This document shows positions 27,331 to 36,651 of a DNA stretch of 64,000 nt, in pieces. The notes under the pieces are model-generated. The model was not told the DNA's origin. It saw nothing but the letters and a program-made list of their open reading frames with translations, and made no database searches. Both the position numbers and the translations under genes were made by a program. Where the stretch lies: the IMG/VR virus record IMGVR_UViG_3300021364_000001, positions 96,001-160,000 of that record; one strand, 5' to 3'. The DNA comes from a virus. How positions within the stretch are numbered: the stretch's first letter is position 1; each line of letters starts with the position of its first letter.

Positions 27331-27821
27331 CAGTACCTCGTGTTGGATTCGACTCGGGACTTAATGTAGTTCATGTCTGCCATGTTGTCAAGGTCGTCAC
27401 TATGCATGACTTCCTCCCATCCCTTACGTTCTAGGATCTTCTCTCTAATTGACTGCTGCCTCTTCTCTTTGGCAATCCTACGCAGGTATGCATAGTACAC
27501 AATCTGTGTGAAGTATGCAAACGGGTTGGATGATTTCTCTGGATCAAAGTTATGGATGTACTGAATACAGTTCTCGATACCATCACCAATCATGTCCTCA
27601 CGGTACATGTAGTTGATGAAGTTGGGACGATAAGAGAGGTGCGTAGCAATTTTAAGGAAGCATTCACCAATATAGTTCGACACACGAGGTTTGGGTTCAC
27701 CCTTCTCTGCTGCCTGAGCACACTTGTTACGGTAGATAATCAGTTCATGAAGGAACTGCTTGTTATCTACATAGTGTTCTTTCTTTTTGGCGTTCTTCCG
27801 TGCTGGCATAGAAATAGTCAT
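27330..27821 (-). CDS. gp55: Late-transcription sigma factor, gp55-like
   Basis: HYVDNKQF, IGECFLKIA, RPNFINYMYREDMIGDGIENC, NPFAYFTQI. Confidence 0.96.
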   Translation of the reverse strand: MTISMPARKNAKKKEHYVDNKQFLHELIIYRNKCAQAAEKGEPKPRVSNYIGECFLKIATHLSYRPNFINYMYREDMIGDGIENCIQYIHNFDPEKSSNPFAYFTQIVYYAYLRRIAKEKRQQSIREKILERKGWEEVMHSDDLDNMADMNYIKSRVESNTRY

Positions 27822-27844
27822 AGTGGTCCTTCACGGATAGCATA

Positions 27845-27873
27845 ATGTTAACTTATGGTGACAAAAAAGTCAA
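27845..27873 (-). promoter_or_regulatory. Sigma70-type promoter for gp55
   Basis: TTGACT-N17-TAACAT. Confidence 0.55.
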
Positions 27874-27889
27874 GTGACAAAGTGACGGC

Positions 27890-27918
27890 TTGACAAGAAG
27901 AAGAATTATAATTATAGT
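27890..27918 (+). promoter_or_regulatory. Sigma70-type antisense promoter
   Basis: TTGACA-N17-TATAGT on the plus strand. Confidence 0.5.
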
Positions 27919-27957
27919 AACACAGTCAGGGTTCAGAGACAGAGTACCTTTAAGTTA

Positions 27958-28407
27958 TTACTTAGAGGATGACTCACTATTGAATATCTTCTCTAAGAAA
28001 GATCTTGCTTCATCAACCTTAGACACCAGACCCATACTCTTGTTCATTGGAACTTCGGTCTCAGTGTCTTCTTCATTCATAATCTCTTTTCTAACCCAAC
28101 GCTTATACATCATCACTGCTTCCTTTGACATAGGAGCAATGGTAGTAACAGAGGATTCATCTAACACATAGAAGTCTTCATCAGAGAAGTTCATCCAGCG
28201 GATGAATGCCATAGCAACTTTCTGGTTCTTTGCATCTTCATCAGGATCCAACTCAATGACTTTTGTCTTAGCAGGATTCTGAATGAAGATCATATCTGTC
28301 TGAGTATCAGGATCTGTACTAACGAGGATCTCACCTAAGACCTCCTCCCCTGATGTCAGTTTGACTGTGCCGTAGAACTGTTCGTCGTGTCGAATGTAAT
28401 TAATCAT
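27958..28407 (-). CDS. Hypothetical protein (Sm-like T4-type)
   Basis: VKLTSGEEVLG pattern. Confidence 0.8.
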   Translation of the reverse strand: MINYIRHDEQFYGTVKLTSGEEVLGEILVSTDPDTQTDMIFIQNPAKTKVIELDPDEDAKNQKVAMAFIRWMNFSDEDFYVLDESSVTTIAPMSKEAVMMYKRWVRKEIMNEEDTETEVPMNKSMGLVSKVDEARSFLEKIFNSESSSK

Positions 28408-29878
28408 GTTTTAGTTTGATCTCCTTGATTTCGTAATTGAATGACTCTTCTTGATAGATCTTGATTCTTTCAGCAAGATGACGAAGGGTATAATTACTTC
28501 TGGATCCTCGGGAGCAGTTGTCTGCAATGTCATACAACACTGCCTGCGCCTTGTTTTCACCTTTACGAAGGACACGTCCAATAGATTGAAGGTTCCTTAC
28601 TCTCGACTTGGATGGACTAGCAAAAATTACATTGTGTAGATTCTTGATATTGATACCAGTAGAGAAAGTTCCATACGATGCCAGGATGATGGCATTGTTT
28701 TCTTTCTCACAGATAGATCGTGCTTGTTCACGATCGTAGGCGTCAATGCCACCGTGGATAAAGAAAGTCCTGCGTGGTTCAGGACCGCTCTTGACCTTAT
28801 TATTTAGCATCTCCCACAAAGGGTCCCCGTGCTTCTCCACGTAGTTGAACAGGATGAGAGTGTTACCTTTCAGATCACACGCTAGATTGGTGATCAGATT
28901 ATTTCTCTTACCATGACTGATGATGTAGTCCATCTCCTGATGGTAATCATCGAAAGGAACATACCCATGATTCAGCAGTAGGATATTTACTTTCAGTGGG
29001 GTGAGGTGTCCCTTCTTCATAAGGTCAGCAGTCTTTGTCACCTTGTCACATCGACCAAACAAACCTTCTAACACCAACTGATGAGTGTGCATACCATCGA
29101 GAGTACCTGTCAGTCCTACGCGGTATTTTGCATCATGGCACTTGGTGAGAATACCTGACAGACTTTTCGCTTTGTATAGGTGTGCCTCGTCACCGATGAC
29201 TACATCAAAGTCCTTGAAGAACTTACGAGGTTCTTTGTAGATACTCTGCCAGGTAGAGATGACCACAGGTGCGTTTGTGTACTTCTCTGTGCCACCCATG
29301 ATCTTGTGACAGTATGCATCTGCCTTCCACCCATATTGTTGGAAGTCTTTGTACATCTGTTCAACCAGAGATACAGTAGGTACAATGATCAGCACACGAC
29401 GATCTAGACCTAGGTGCCAACGCACCAGAGCGTAGATGATCAGAGACTTTCCTGATCCTGTCGGGGATAGTAGAAGTCTGCGATTGTACCTAAGTGCCTG
29501 GTAAATTGCTCGTAACTGGTAATCTCTTGCTTTGAAAGGGAGTCCGAGAGATCTAACAAACCCCGCAGTTGCCTCAGGAGATACGAGTAGTTCACATTCA
29601 TTTGGTTTACCATAGAACTTGCTGTCTTCAACTTCCCATTCATATCCCTTCTCATCCAGAAACTCACACAGATAATCAAAAAGACCCGCATATATCTCCC
29701 CAGTAGCAGGAGAGTATAAGCGGATCTTGCCATCCCATTTCCATTTTTGATACTGAGGCATGTACTTTGCCTGAGGAACTTCAAACTGGAAGTGATCACT
29801 CAGTTCTTGATGTACATGTGGTTCTGCTGTTACCTTGACATAGACTTCATTCTTTTTTTCAATCTTAGTAATCACCAT
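28400..29878 (-). CDS. uvsW: UvsW SF2 helicase
   Basis: SPTGSGKS, GDEAH, GLTGT, QSIGRVLR. Confidence 0.97.
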   Translation of the reverse strand: MVITKIEKKNEVYVKVTAEPHVHQELSDHFQFEVPQAKYMPQYQKWKWDGKIRLYSPATGEIYAGLFDYLCEFLDEKGYEWEVEDSKFYGKPNECELLVSPEATAGFVRSLGLPFKARDYQLRAIYQALRYNRRLLLSPTGSGKSLIIYALVRWHLGLDRRVLIIVPTVSLVEQMYKDFQQYGWKADAYCHKIMGGTEKYTNAPVVISTWQSIYKEPRKFFKDFDVVIGDEAHLYKAKSLSGILTKCHDAKYRVGLTGTLDGMHTHQLVLEGLFGRCDKVTKTADLMKKGHLTPLKVNILLLNHGYVPFDDYHQEMDYIISHGKRNNLITNLACDLKGNTLILFNYVEKHGDPLWEMLNNKVKSGPEPRRTFFIHGGIDAYDREQARSICEKENNAIILASYGTFSTGINIKNLHNVIFASPSKSRVRNLQSIGRVLRKGENKAQAVLYDIADNCSRGSRSNYTLRHLAERIKIYQEESFNYEIKEIKLKHD

Positions 29879-30287
29879 GTCGTCTCAGATCAATGAAATT
29901 CTTAATCTGGAACCCACGAGAGGAACACTGTTTAAGAATCTGTTCTAAGTAATTTATACAAGTTTCAAGGTAGTCGATCTTCTGCTTGTTTCTCAACCAG
30001 TCTTCGTCTGCCCAGATGTATGTGGTGATGTCAGTTTTGAGTACCTTATGATTGAATGGTTTCTCAGCGTATACCTTAGCGGGTGCCTTGCCTGAGTAGT
30101 ATTCAAACTTCTGTTTGTACAGCATCTTTGCTTTGGTCTCAGCATCCGATAGCATCAGTTTGAACTGGGACCAGATGTTCAGGTACTTCTCGTGGATAAC
30201 AGTGACCTTGAAGTTTTCAGTGTCGAGATCGTTCTGGTCTACAACACAGTCCTCTCTCCACATCTCACGGATTTCATCTAATGTCAT
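29865..30287 (-). CDS. uvsY: UvsY recombination mediator
   Basis: HEKYL, YYSGKAP, RGFQIKNFI; synteny with uvsW. Confidence 0.92.
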   Translation of the reverse strand: MTLDEIREMWREDCVVDQNDLDTENFKVTVIHEKYLNIWSQFKLMLSDAETKAKMLYKQKFEYYSGKAPAKVYAEKPFNHKVLKTDITTYIWADEDWLRNKQKIDYLETCINYLEQILKQCSSRGFQIKNFIDLRRHGDY

Positions 30288-30856
30288 TCAAGTGTGGTCC
30301 TCCTTGCACCTTCTTTGTCTACGATGTCATACGAAGTATACCTGAACTCGACTGATGCCGTGGCATACTCTGTACCATCAATAGTAGCATTAAATTCCAG
30401 AGCATTCAACGACACAGGGAACAAGTCCTTGAAGTTGACAAAGAAGTTAGTCTGCATGTTAGAGTTCATGACAGCAAGAGAACCATCACAACGTGGTGTG
30501 TACTGCTCTTCATAGTCTCCACGTTCCCACGTATGGTTACCACCACTGATACCACGCATCCAGTTGTGGATAATCAAATAATTTTCTAAGTCTTCGTCTA
30601 CCAGGAACGTCAGTGTGAACGGTTCGTAGTTCAAACCATGAGCATCCCACGGTACAGGGCGACCCAGCATAGTAGGTTGCTCGATCGTGTTCAGTCCGAT
30701 ACCAGGAATGTTTGCAGACTGTGAGAAGTAAGGCACCTTGGGGAACTGTTCCAACAGCATCTTAAACCCAATAGGCGACAAGAAGTTTCTGTTATCCAGC
30801 TGCTTGGTCCACAGTGCTGTAAGATCCTGGTTGTTCTCTACGCCATACAGTGCCAT
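30284..30856 (-). CDS. gp3: Tail tube terminator/completion protein, gp3-like
   Basis: NFLSPIGF, ANIPGI, FLVDEDLENY...HNWM. Confidence 0.88.
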   Translation of the reverse strand: MALYGVENNQDLTALWTKQLDNRNFLSPIGFKMLLEQFPKVPYFSQSANIPGIGLNTIEQPTMLGRPVPWDAHGLNYEPFTLTFLVDEDLENYLIIHNWMRGISGGNHTWERGDYEEQYTPRCDGSLAVMNSNMQTNFFVNFKDLFPVSLNALEFNATIDGTEYATASVEFRYTSYDIVDKEGARRTTLE

Positions 30857-31038
30857 TACTTGTTCCTCAGGAGTTCTTCGATTCTTCTCCTGGTATTTAT
30901 GGCATCCTCTTTCTCTTTTTCACAATGACGATATCCTCCCTTTGAATGGTAGATCATATGACCTTGATAGATCATAGTGATACCAAACAAAAAGAGGAGA
31001 ACAACTCCAATCCAATCTATAAGTGTGGATTGATCCAT
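30856..31038 (-). CDS. Small membrane protein
   Basis: N-terminal TM segment. Confidence 0.7.
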   Translation of the reverse strand: MDQSTLIDWIGVVLLFLFGITMIYQGHMIYHSKGGYRHCEKEKEDAINTRRRIEELLRNK

Positions 31039-31235
31039 GGCACAACAGGAGGGATCACTCCAATAAGTCGAAGCAGACCCTCAGCAAAAAGTGCAAGAAC
31101 AACCCACCCAACACACATAGAGATAATTGAAGCATTACGATTGTGCTTTCGTATGGCAGCATCGATCATCTCCTGTACACGTTCTTCTGTGAGTCTCTCT
31201 GGGATCTCTACATCGTTACCCCAGTTCCATTTCAT
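31017..31235 (-). CDS. Small membrane protein
   Basis: C-terminal TM segment; ATGA coupling with the upstream ORF. Confidence 0.75.
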   Translation of the reverse strand: MKWNWGNDVEIPERLTEERVQEMIDAAIRKHNRNASIISMCVGWVVLALFAEGLLRLIGVIPPVVPWINPHL

Positions 31236-31387
31236 GCTTCTTCTCCATACCAGAAGTCTGCCCAGTCCTCAGCATCTCCTTCGTATACTGGACAGGGTTC
31301 TTCCATAAGGATGTCTGTCTTCATCCTCAGAGTTCTCTCGTGCAACTCAGGAAGCATTTCGTCGATGAAGTCTAGATCCTTGTTCAT
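31232..31387 (-). CDS. Small acidic hypothetical protein (51 aa, MNKDLDFIDEML...)
   Basis: Hand-translated; 4-nt start/stop overlaps on both sides. Confidence 0.7.
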   Translation of the reverse strand: MNKDLDFIDEMLPELHERTLRMKTDILMEEPCPVYEGDAEDWADFWYGEEA

Positions 31388-31548
31388 TGGCGGTACTCAT
31401 TCAGAATATCTAGGACTGCATTATAGGCGGCATGGGCACCGTCGTGCCATTCCCCACTTTTGTCTTTATGTTCTCCGTCATAGAGAGCAGTCTTTAACTT
31501 GTAGATCCTCGCCTGAATTTCTGGTTTCAGCATGATTCCTCTCGGCAT
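31384..31548 (-). CDS. Small hypothetical protein (54 aa, MPRGIMLKPEIQARIYKLK...)
   Basis: Hand-translated; lies downstream of TAAATA at 31570-31575. Confidence 0.72.
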   Translation of the reverse strand: MPRGIMLKPEIQARIYKLKTALYDGEHKDKSGEWHDGAHAAYNAVLDILNEYRQ

Positions 31549-31575
31549 GGTCTTCCATAGTATAATTACTATTTA

Positions 31576-31601
31576 ACAAAAAAGGGGTCCCGAAGGACCC
31601 C
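31576..31601 (-). terminator. Terminator after gp23
   Basis: GGGGTCC-TTCG-GGACCCC followed by a T-run. Confidence 0.9.
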
Positions 31602-31628
31602 CAAGAAGACTCGTTTGTGAGCAATCGA

Positions 31629-32975
31629 TCACATGAGGTTATCGACCAGCACACGACGATAGTAGCGGTTGGCGTTAGCAGTAAGAGCACCGCTCCCCTG
31701 CGTTGTTCCTTCTGCAAACGGGTTCGCAACCATGCCGTAGCGGGTCTTGAAGCCGATCTTGGGCTGGAATGTATCCTGTCCAACGGCGCGAACCATTTGG
31801 AGGGGCACATAGGGGCAGTAGAACAGACCAGCATCGTAGGCGCTAGAACCTTTGTAACCAGCCACATAGAAGTGACGGTCAGAAACGTTAGCGGAATAGG
31901 GGTCAACGTAGACCTTGATGCGTCCGTTCAGTGTACCAGCCAGGGTGCTGCTGTTGTCATCGGGAAGCAGGTTGCTATTACCCGAGAGAGCAGGGGTGTA
32001 ATCCAGAACACCTGCCATGGACAGTGCCGAAGCAACGTCAGCAGAACAGATGAGGATGTTACCCTTCCCGCGACGAGTCTCATGACCGATAGCGTTCATG
32101 TCGCGCTCGATCTGGAAAAGGAGACCCTTGAACTTCTCAACCGACCAGCGACCGTTGGAATCAACGTCGAGGTCAAAGATGCCAGCAGTAGCTGTGTTGT
32201 TCTGAGCGCCAGGGCGAGCAATGCGGTATACGGTACGTACAACTTCGCGGTTGATCTCAGCCAGAACCTCAGTAGAGAGGATGTTGGCAAGCTCAGACTC
32301 AGCATCGAGACCATGAACAGCTTTCAGGTCTTGGGCGAGTTCAAGCGAGTATTCTGCTTTCAGAGCACGGGACTTGGCGGTGACGGTGACCTTCTCGATG
32401 GAGAAGTTCATTTCAGCGAAGGCATTGCCTGCTGCATCGCCCAGTGCCTCAGCCTCAGCAGTCGGCATACCGTCAGAGACGGTGTAGGTGCCGCTGTCAT
32501 TCAGCAGACCAGGGTTGGTGCCGCTCTGGGCGGTACGACCGAGGTTCGATGCTGCGTTCTCAGCAGAGAACTCCGAATCGGCTTCGTTGAAGAAGGCTTC
32601 GGTGCCAGCGGTACGGTTGGTGCCATAGCGTGAACGCATGGCAAAGATGAGACCAGTAGGACCAGTCATCGGTTGAACGCCTGCGATATCATAGGCGATC
32701 AGCTTAGGCATCGAGCGACGGATCAGCGAGATCAGTACGGGGTCGAAACCAGCGACAGGACCAGTGGCAGTGCTGCTACCAGAGAAACCAGCGGTGCCAG
32801 CACTCATGGTGGGGGCGGCTTCACTCAGCACGCCTGCTTCCTCACGGAGGAACTTTTCTTGGTTTTCGAGCAGGATAGAGGTGACAGCCTTTCTATATTT
32901 GTCCGAAATGTTGTTCAGTTCGGAGTGTTCCAGAATGGGTGCCCACTTTTCCTGCAAAGATTCAGAGTTGAACAT
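31629..32975 (-). CDS. gp23: Major capsid protein, gp23
   Basis: FDPVLISLIRR, GVQPMTGPTGLIFAMR, KSRALKAEYS, YCPYVPL, FQPKIGFKTRYG. Confidence 0.99.
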   Translation of the reverse strand: MFNSESLQEKWAPILEHSELNNISDKYRKAVTSILLENQEKFLREEAGVLSEAAPTMSAGTAGFSGSSTATGPVAGFDPVLISLIRRSMPKLIAYDIAGVQPMTGPTGLIFAMRSRYGTNRTAGTEAFFNEADSEFSAENAASNLGRTAQSGTNPGLLNDSGTYTVSDGMPTAEAEALGDAAGNAFAEMNFSIEKVTVTAKSRALKAEYSLELAQDLKAVHGLDAESELANILSTEVLAEINREVVRTVYRIARPGAQNNTATAGIFDLDVDSNGRWSVEKFKGLLFQIERDMNAIGHETRRGKGNILICSADVASALSMAGVLDYTPALSGNSNLLPDDNSSTLAGTLNGRIKVYVDPYSANVSDRHFYVAGYKGSSAYDAGLFYCPYVPLQMVRAVGQDTFQPKIGFKTRYGMVANPFAEGTTQGSGALTANANRYYRRVLVDNLM

Positions 32976-33013
32976 TTGCTTTTTTACCTTTATTGGATAG
33001 TGGAACTAGTAAA

Positions 33014-34051
33014 TCACTTAGCCCAGCGGGAAAGTGCTTGGACGTAGGCAGACATAGTGTCGCCAACTTCCTGATTCTCAACCTGAACGTCCTCAGTAAC
33101 CTCAGTTACTTCGGGCTTGGTGGAGAAATACGACTCACGAAGGGTCGCAACCTTCCCACGGAAGGATTCTTCATCATCAAACTCAACTCCCTCAGCAAGA
33201 GATGCCATCTTTTCGCGTTGCGAAAGGGACAGACCCTCACTCAGTTCGCTCACAATCCCATTCTTGATATAACCGCCGATCTCCTTAGTGAGACCAACGT
33301 TCTCTTCGATTTGTTCGTTGAGTTTATTTTGCATGATGTCAAGTTGCTCGGTCATTTCGTCAACCAAGTCAACTTTCTCGTCGGGAAGTTCGATAGAATT
33401 CTCGACGAAAACCTGTTTGAGTCCAGCAAGGACAGACTCAGCCATCTCGGTCTTGATACCGTGCTCGATAGCGAGTTCATTGTCCTTTGCCCACTTGTTG
33501 ACAGCAAACGAAAGATACTCGTCTACTTGCTCAGCAAGTTCAGCCTTGACAGACTCAATTTCTTCTTCAAGAACCTTAGCGTAATCGCCATGGATACGAT
33601 CCAGTTCTTCGTTGAGGCGGGAAACAACTGCCGCTTCAAAGATGGTAGCAGCCTTCTCCTTGAATGCTTCGCTCAGGTCTTCACCTTCGGTCAGCGCAGC
33701 AACGTCAGCAGAGAGGTCGATAGCAATGGTTTCGACTTCTTCTTCCTCAGCAATCACTTCCTCGCCTTCGTTCTCAACGTGATCGAAGGTAGGTTTCTTG
33801 GAGAGAGTGTCTTGCTTGTTACCCGAAGCATCGGAAGGCTTAGTGGTAGGAGCGGAAGCACTCTTGGCGACGATCTTATACTTGTTGCTCTCGTCGTCAG
33901 GCTTGCTGTTTTGAGGAGTAGGACCACCCAGGTCCTGAACGCCACCCAGGGAGGAACCGTCGTCCGACAGTTTACCCTGCGGGTCGGCAGGCTTGGCACC
34001 AGCAGTCACGCTGGATTCTTCAATGGTTGTTTCTTCAATCTTGTCAGACAT
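33014..34051 (-). CDS. gp22: Prohead core scaffold, gp22
   Basis: Acidic coiled coil; FKEKAATIFEAAV; late promoter at 34091-34097. Confidence 0.93.
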   Translation of the reverse strand: MSDKIEETTIEESSVTAGAKPADPQGKLSDDGSSLGGVQDLGGPTPQNSKPDDESNKYKIVAKSASAPTTKPSDASGNKQDTLSKKPTFDHVENEGEEVIAEEEEVETIAIDLSADVAALTEGEDLSEAFKEKAATIFEAAVVSRLNEELDRIHGDYAKVLEEEIESVKAELAEQVDEYLSFAVNKWAKDNELAIEHGIKTEMAESVLAGLKQVFVENSIELPDEKVDLVDEMTEQLDIMQNKLNEQIEENVGLTKEIGGYIKNGIVSELSEGLSLSQREKMASLAEGVEFDDEESFRGKVATLRESYFSTKPEVTEVTEDVQVENQEVGDTMSAYVQALSRWAK

Positions 34052-34099
34052 TGTGTTCCTCTTGCTGTGGTTGCTGTGATTGCTACTAATTATTTATGA

Positions 34100-34747
34100 T
34101 TACAGATTTTTCAGAAACTCTGAAAACGCGGAGATCTTTCTCTCTTCCAACTGGGTTTGCGCGGCATTATCGATTCGTCTTTTGATCTCATCGATTTTAG
34201 ATTCGGCAATGTTACCATTTGCCCACACCCATTCCTTACCTTCCATAATCCCGTTGACAAATGCCTCAGGGGCAGAAGGATCTGCTACGATGTCAGCAGC
34301 AGTGGCGAGCATAAAATCCTCACCAACGATCTTGACACCGTTCTCTTCCTTGATAGAACCGAGACCGCGTGAAGACACACCCAACTTCACACCCTCGTCA
34401 AGCAGTTGCTTAGCGATCTTACCCATCGGTGTTTCTAGCAGTCTTGCTTTACCGATGAAGTTATTACCTTCTCTTTGGAGAGATGTAATAAGGTGGGAAG
34501 CACGATCCAAATTAATAGTAGGACCATCGGGATGACCCAGTTCACCCAGAGCACGACCAGTTTTAACGAAATTTTCGTTATACTTCTGAACCTCACGCTC
34601 CATGGTTCTCATGGGATACATGCGACCGTTACGGTTGGTGATTTCTGCTTGAAGAAAAACACCTTCAATAAAGGTGTTACGCTTGCCGTTCTTACCCTCG
34701 GTAATTACGATTCTTGCGTCTTCAATCTTCTCCGTTATCAGTTTCAT
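34100..34747 (-). CDS. gp21: Prohead protease, gp21
   Basis: IEGVFLQ, NRNGRMYP, GELGHP, GVSSRGLGS, DIVADPSAP. Start at MKLITE (34747). Confidence 0.97.
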   Translation of the reverse strand: MKLITEKIEDARIVITEGKNGKRNTFIEGVFLQAEITNRNGRMYPMRTMEREVQKYNENFVKTGRALGELGHPDGPTINLDRASHLITSLQREGNNFIGKARLLETPMGKIAKQLLDEGVKLGVSSRGLGSIKEENGVKIVGEDFMLATAADIVADPSAPEAFVNGIMEGKEWVWANGNIAESKIDEIKRRIDNAAQTQLEERKISAFSEFLKNL

Positions 34748-34973
34748 CAGTGGGTTCCTCTGTGGGTTGGTCGGGGGGAATGGCGTCTTCGGGTTGCTCA
34801 GTGTTCTCAGGTCCCTCTTCTGGGGTTGCGAACATCTTTGCACCGACATCCTTTTTCATGTCACCAATTTTGTCCATGGCAAGGGATTTCATTTGCTGAT
34901 CAACATAGTCAGAAAGATCTTTCTGTCCAGCAAACAGCGCATTTACAATTTCAAGGGATGTGTCGGAAGGCAT
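34722..34973 (-). CDS. Small acidic prohead core-like protein (gp67/68 position)
   Basis: Lies between portal and protease; acidic tail; TAAATA at 34996-35001. Confidence 0.7.
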   Translation of the reverse strand: MPSDTSLEIVNALFAGQKDLSDYVDQQMKSLAMDKIGDMKKDVGAKMFATPEEGPENTEQPEDAIPPDQPTEEPTDETDNGED

Positions 34974-34998
34974 AATGATAAGTTTCCAGTAATACTAT

Positions 34999-36609
34999 TT
35001 AGATGTTTCCTTTTTCAAAGTCTTTGGGATCAATACCTTGTTCCTCTTCTTGCGGAGGTTCGGGTGGCATCAGAGACAATTCCATCTGTGCTTTCTCCAT
35101 TTGCTGCATCTCAGCAGGAGAGACAACCAGACCTGCTTCAATCTCTGCTTCCATCTGCTTATCAATCTCGTTGAACTCCGCATCAGACTGACGCAGAATG
35201 TTACGACGAAGATATTCCAGAGAGAAATACTTACCAGCGTAAGGATCCATCTGTTGCAAGAGAGCGAGTCTCTCGTTCATGACTTCCTTCTCCTTCATTT
35301 CGGAGAAGTAGTTGTCAGCAATGAAGGAATACTGAATGTGCTCCTTCATTTCGTCCCACTCATCAAGAGTGATGACGCCTTTGAGAACCAGTTGAGTTCT
35401 CAGAAGATCGTTAAAGAGATCACTGAACTTCTTACGAAGTCTGGTGACGAACTTCTGGAACTTAACTTCGTCTCTGGTGATTTCGGCACTACGACCGACG
35501 TTGAAACTGCTTTCAGATTCCAATCTAGACTCTGGGACATTCAGAGATCTATACAGTTTCTTCTGGAAATACTTAACGTCTTCCAGTTCTCCAAGGTTTT
35601 GCCCGCCAGGAAGGGTAGAAATTTCTGTACCGCGCCCGCCCTCGCGTCTCGGAAGCCAGAAGTCTTCCAACATAGACATAAATTTCTTATCGTCTCTGAT
35701 CTCGCCAGTGTCAGCATTGTATACTAACTTATTACGATAGCGAGACATCACTTCACGCAGGTATTGTTCTGCCTTCTGCTTAGGCAGGTTACCCACATCA
35801 ATGTAGAAGATGCGACGTTCAGGTGCTCTGCTCAGACGATAAATGACCAGAGAGTCCTCAATCATGCGAAGTTGATTGAGTGCCTTAATTGCCTTGTGAA
35901 GGTGTGACAACACATAATTGCGTTGCATATCCAACTGACCAGAGTGGCAGTATGTGATAGCATCTGGCGCAATTTTGATGCCATTGTTCTCGTAACCTTT
36001 CAGACCCTTGGGTGAGTAGATGTAATACTCCACAGACTTAGGCACGATAGATGCTGTCTGAGGATCGATAGGTTGGAGACGATCTTTGGGTTTGTCGAAT
36101 TCGACAACCTTCTTGATCTTACGAGGATCGATATATCTAAGTTCCGTAATACCAGCAGCGGGATTCTTAGTGTCGATCATCTTATGATAGAACAGGCGTC
36201 CATCGATATACCAGCGACGGAAGATATCGTATGCCTTTCTATCAAAGTCTAGAAGAACCAGAACGTTCTCAAACTCTTCGCGGATTCTATTGCGAAGTGT
36301 CTGGGACACTTTCAGGTGTTGAAGGTCAATGTCAACGGGGTGATCATTCAGATCCCCAGCGATCGCTTCATTGACAACATCATTAATTGCAGCATCACAC
36401 TCAGGGTGGAGAGACATCTCACGATATCTACCGATCAGGTCTGCTTCCGATGCCTTGTTAGCGGCATCACCCATCTCAACATACTGTCCAAAATATCCAC
36501 CAGCAACGATGGGTTGGGCAGCGTCATCCGACTCTTTACGAACAAAAGAAGGACCAGTTCCCTGATCCTTCTTTCTCTCTAACGAATAACCAAATAGTTG
36601 AGACATCAA
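34999..36609 (-). CDS. gp20: Portal protein, gp20
   Basis: WYIDGR, YRLSRAPERRIFYIDVGNLPK, EDFWLPRREGGRGTEI. Confidence 0.98.
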   Translation of the reverse strand: MMSQLFGYSLERKKDQGTGPSFVRKESDDAAQPIVAGGYFGQYVEMGDAANKASEADLIGRYREMSLHPECDAAINDVVNEAIAGDLNDHPVDIDLQHLKVSQTLRNRIREEFENVLVLLDFDRKAYDIFRRWYIDGRLFYHKMIDTKNPAAGITELRYIDPRKIKKVVEFDKPKDRLQPIDPQTASIVPKSVEYYIYSPKGLKGYENNGIKIAPDAITYCHSGQLDMQRNYVLSHLHKAIKALNQLRMIEDSLVIYRLSRAPERRIFYIDVGNLPKQKAEQYLREVMSRYRNKLVYNADTGEIRDDKKFMSMLEDFWLPRREGGRGTEISTLPGGQNLGELEDVKYFQKKLYRSLNVPESRLESESSFNVGRSAEITRDEVKFQKFVTRLRKKFSDLFNDLLRTQLVLKGVITLDEWDEMKEHIQYSFIADNYFSEMKEKEVMNERLALLQQMDPYAGKYFSLEYLRRNILRQSDAEFNEIDKQMEAEIEAGLVVSPAEMQQMEKAQMELSLMPPEPPQEEEQGIDPKDFEKGNI

Positions 36610-36651
36610 CGTGAGCGCAATTTCTTCTCTACTATTTAGCAGGGTTAAATA

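Noticed and set aside
27890-28171. Plus-strand 93-aa ORF near the antisense promoter
   Set aside because: Its TTG start coincides with the -35 hexamer, upstream of the predicted TSS, and the product looks non-coding.
31478-31906. Minus-strand 142-aa ORF overlapping the gp23 3' end
   Set aside because: An alternative frame crossing the gp23 terminator; a better 54-aa gene lies at 31384-31548.
34748-34849. Extended N-termini given by the ORF track for gp21 (likewise uvsX, zwf, gp16 and the VWA protein)
   Set aside because: They overlap upstream genes or promoters; internal ATGs match the conserved domain starts and coupling patterns.
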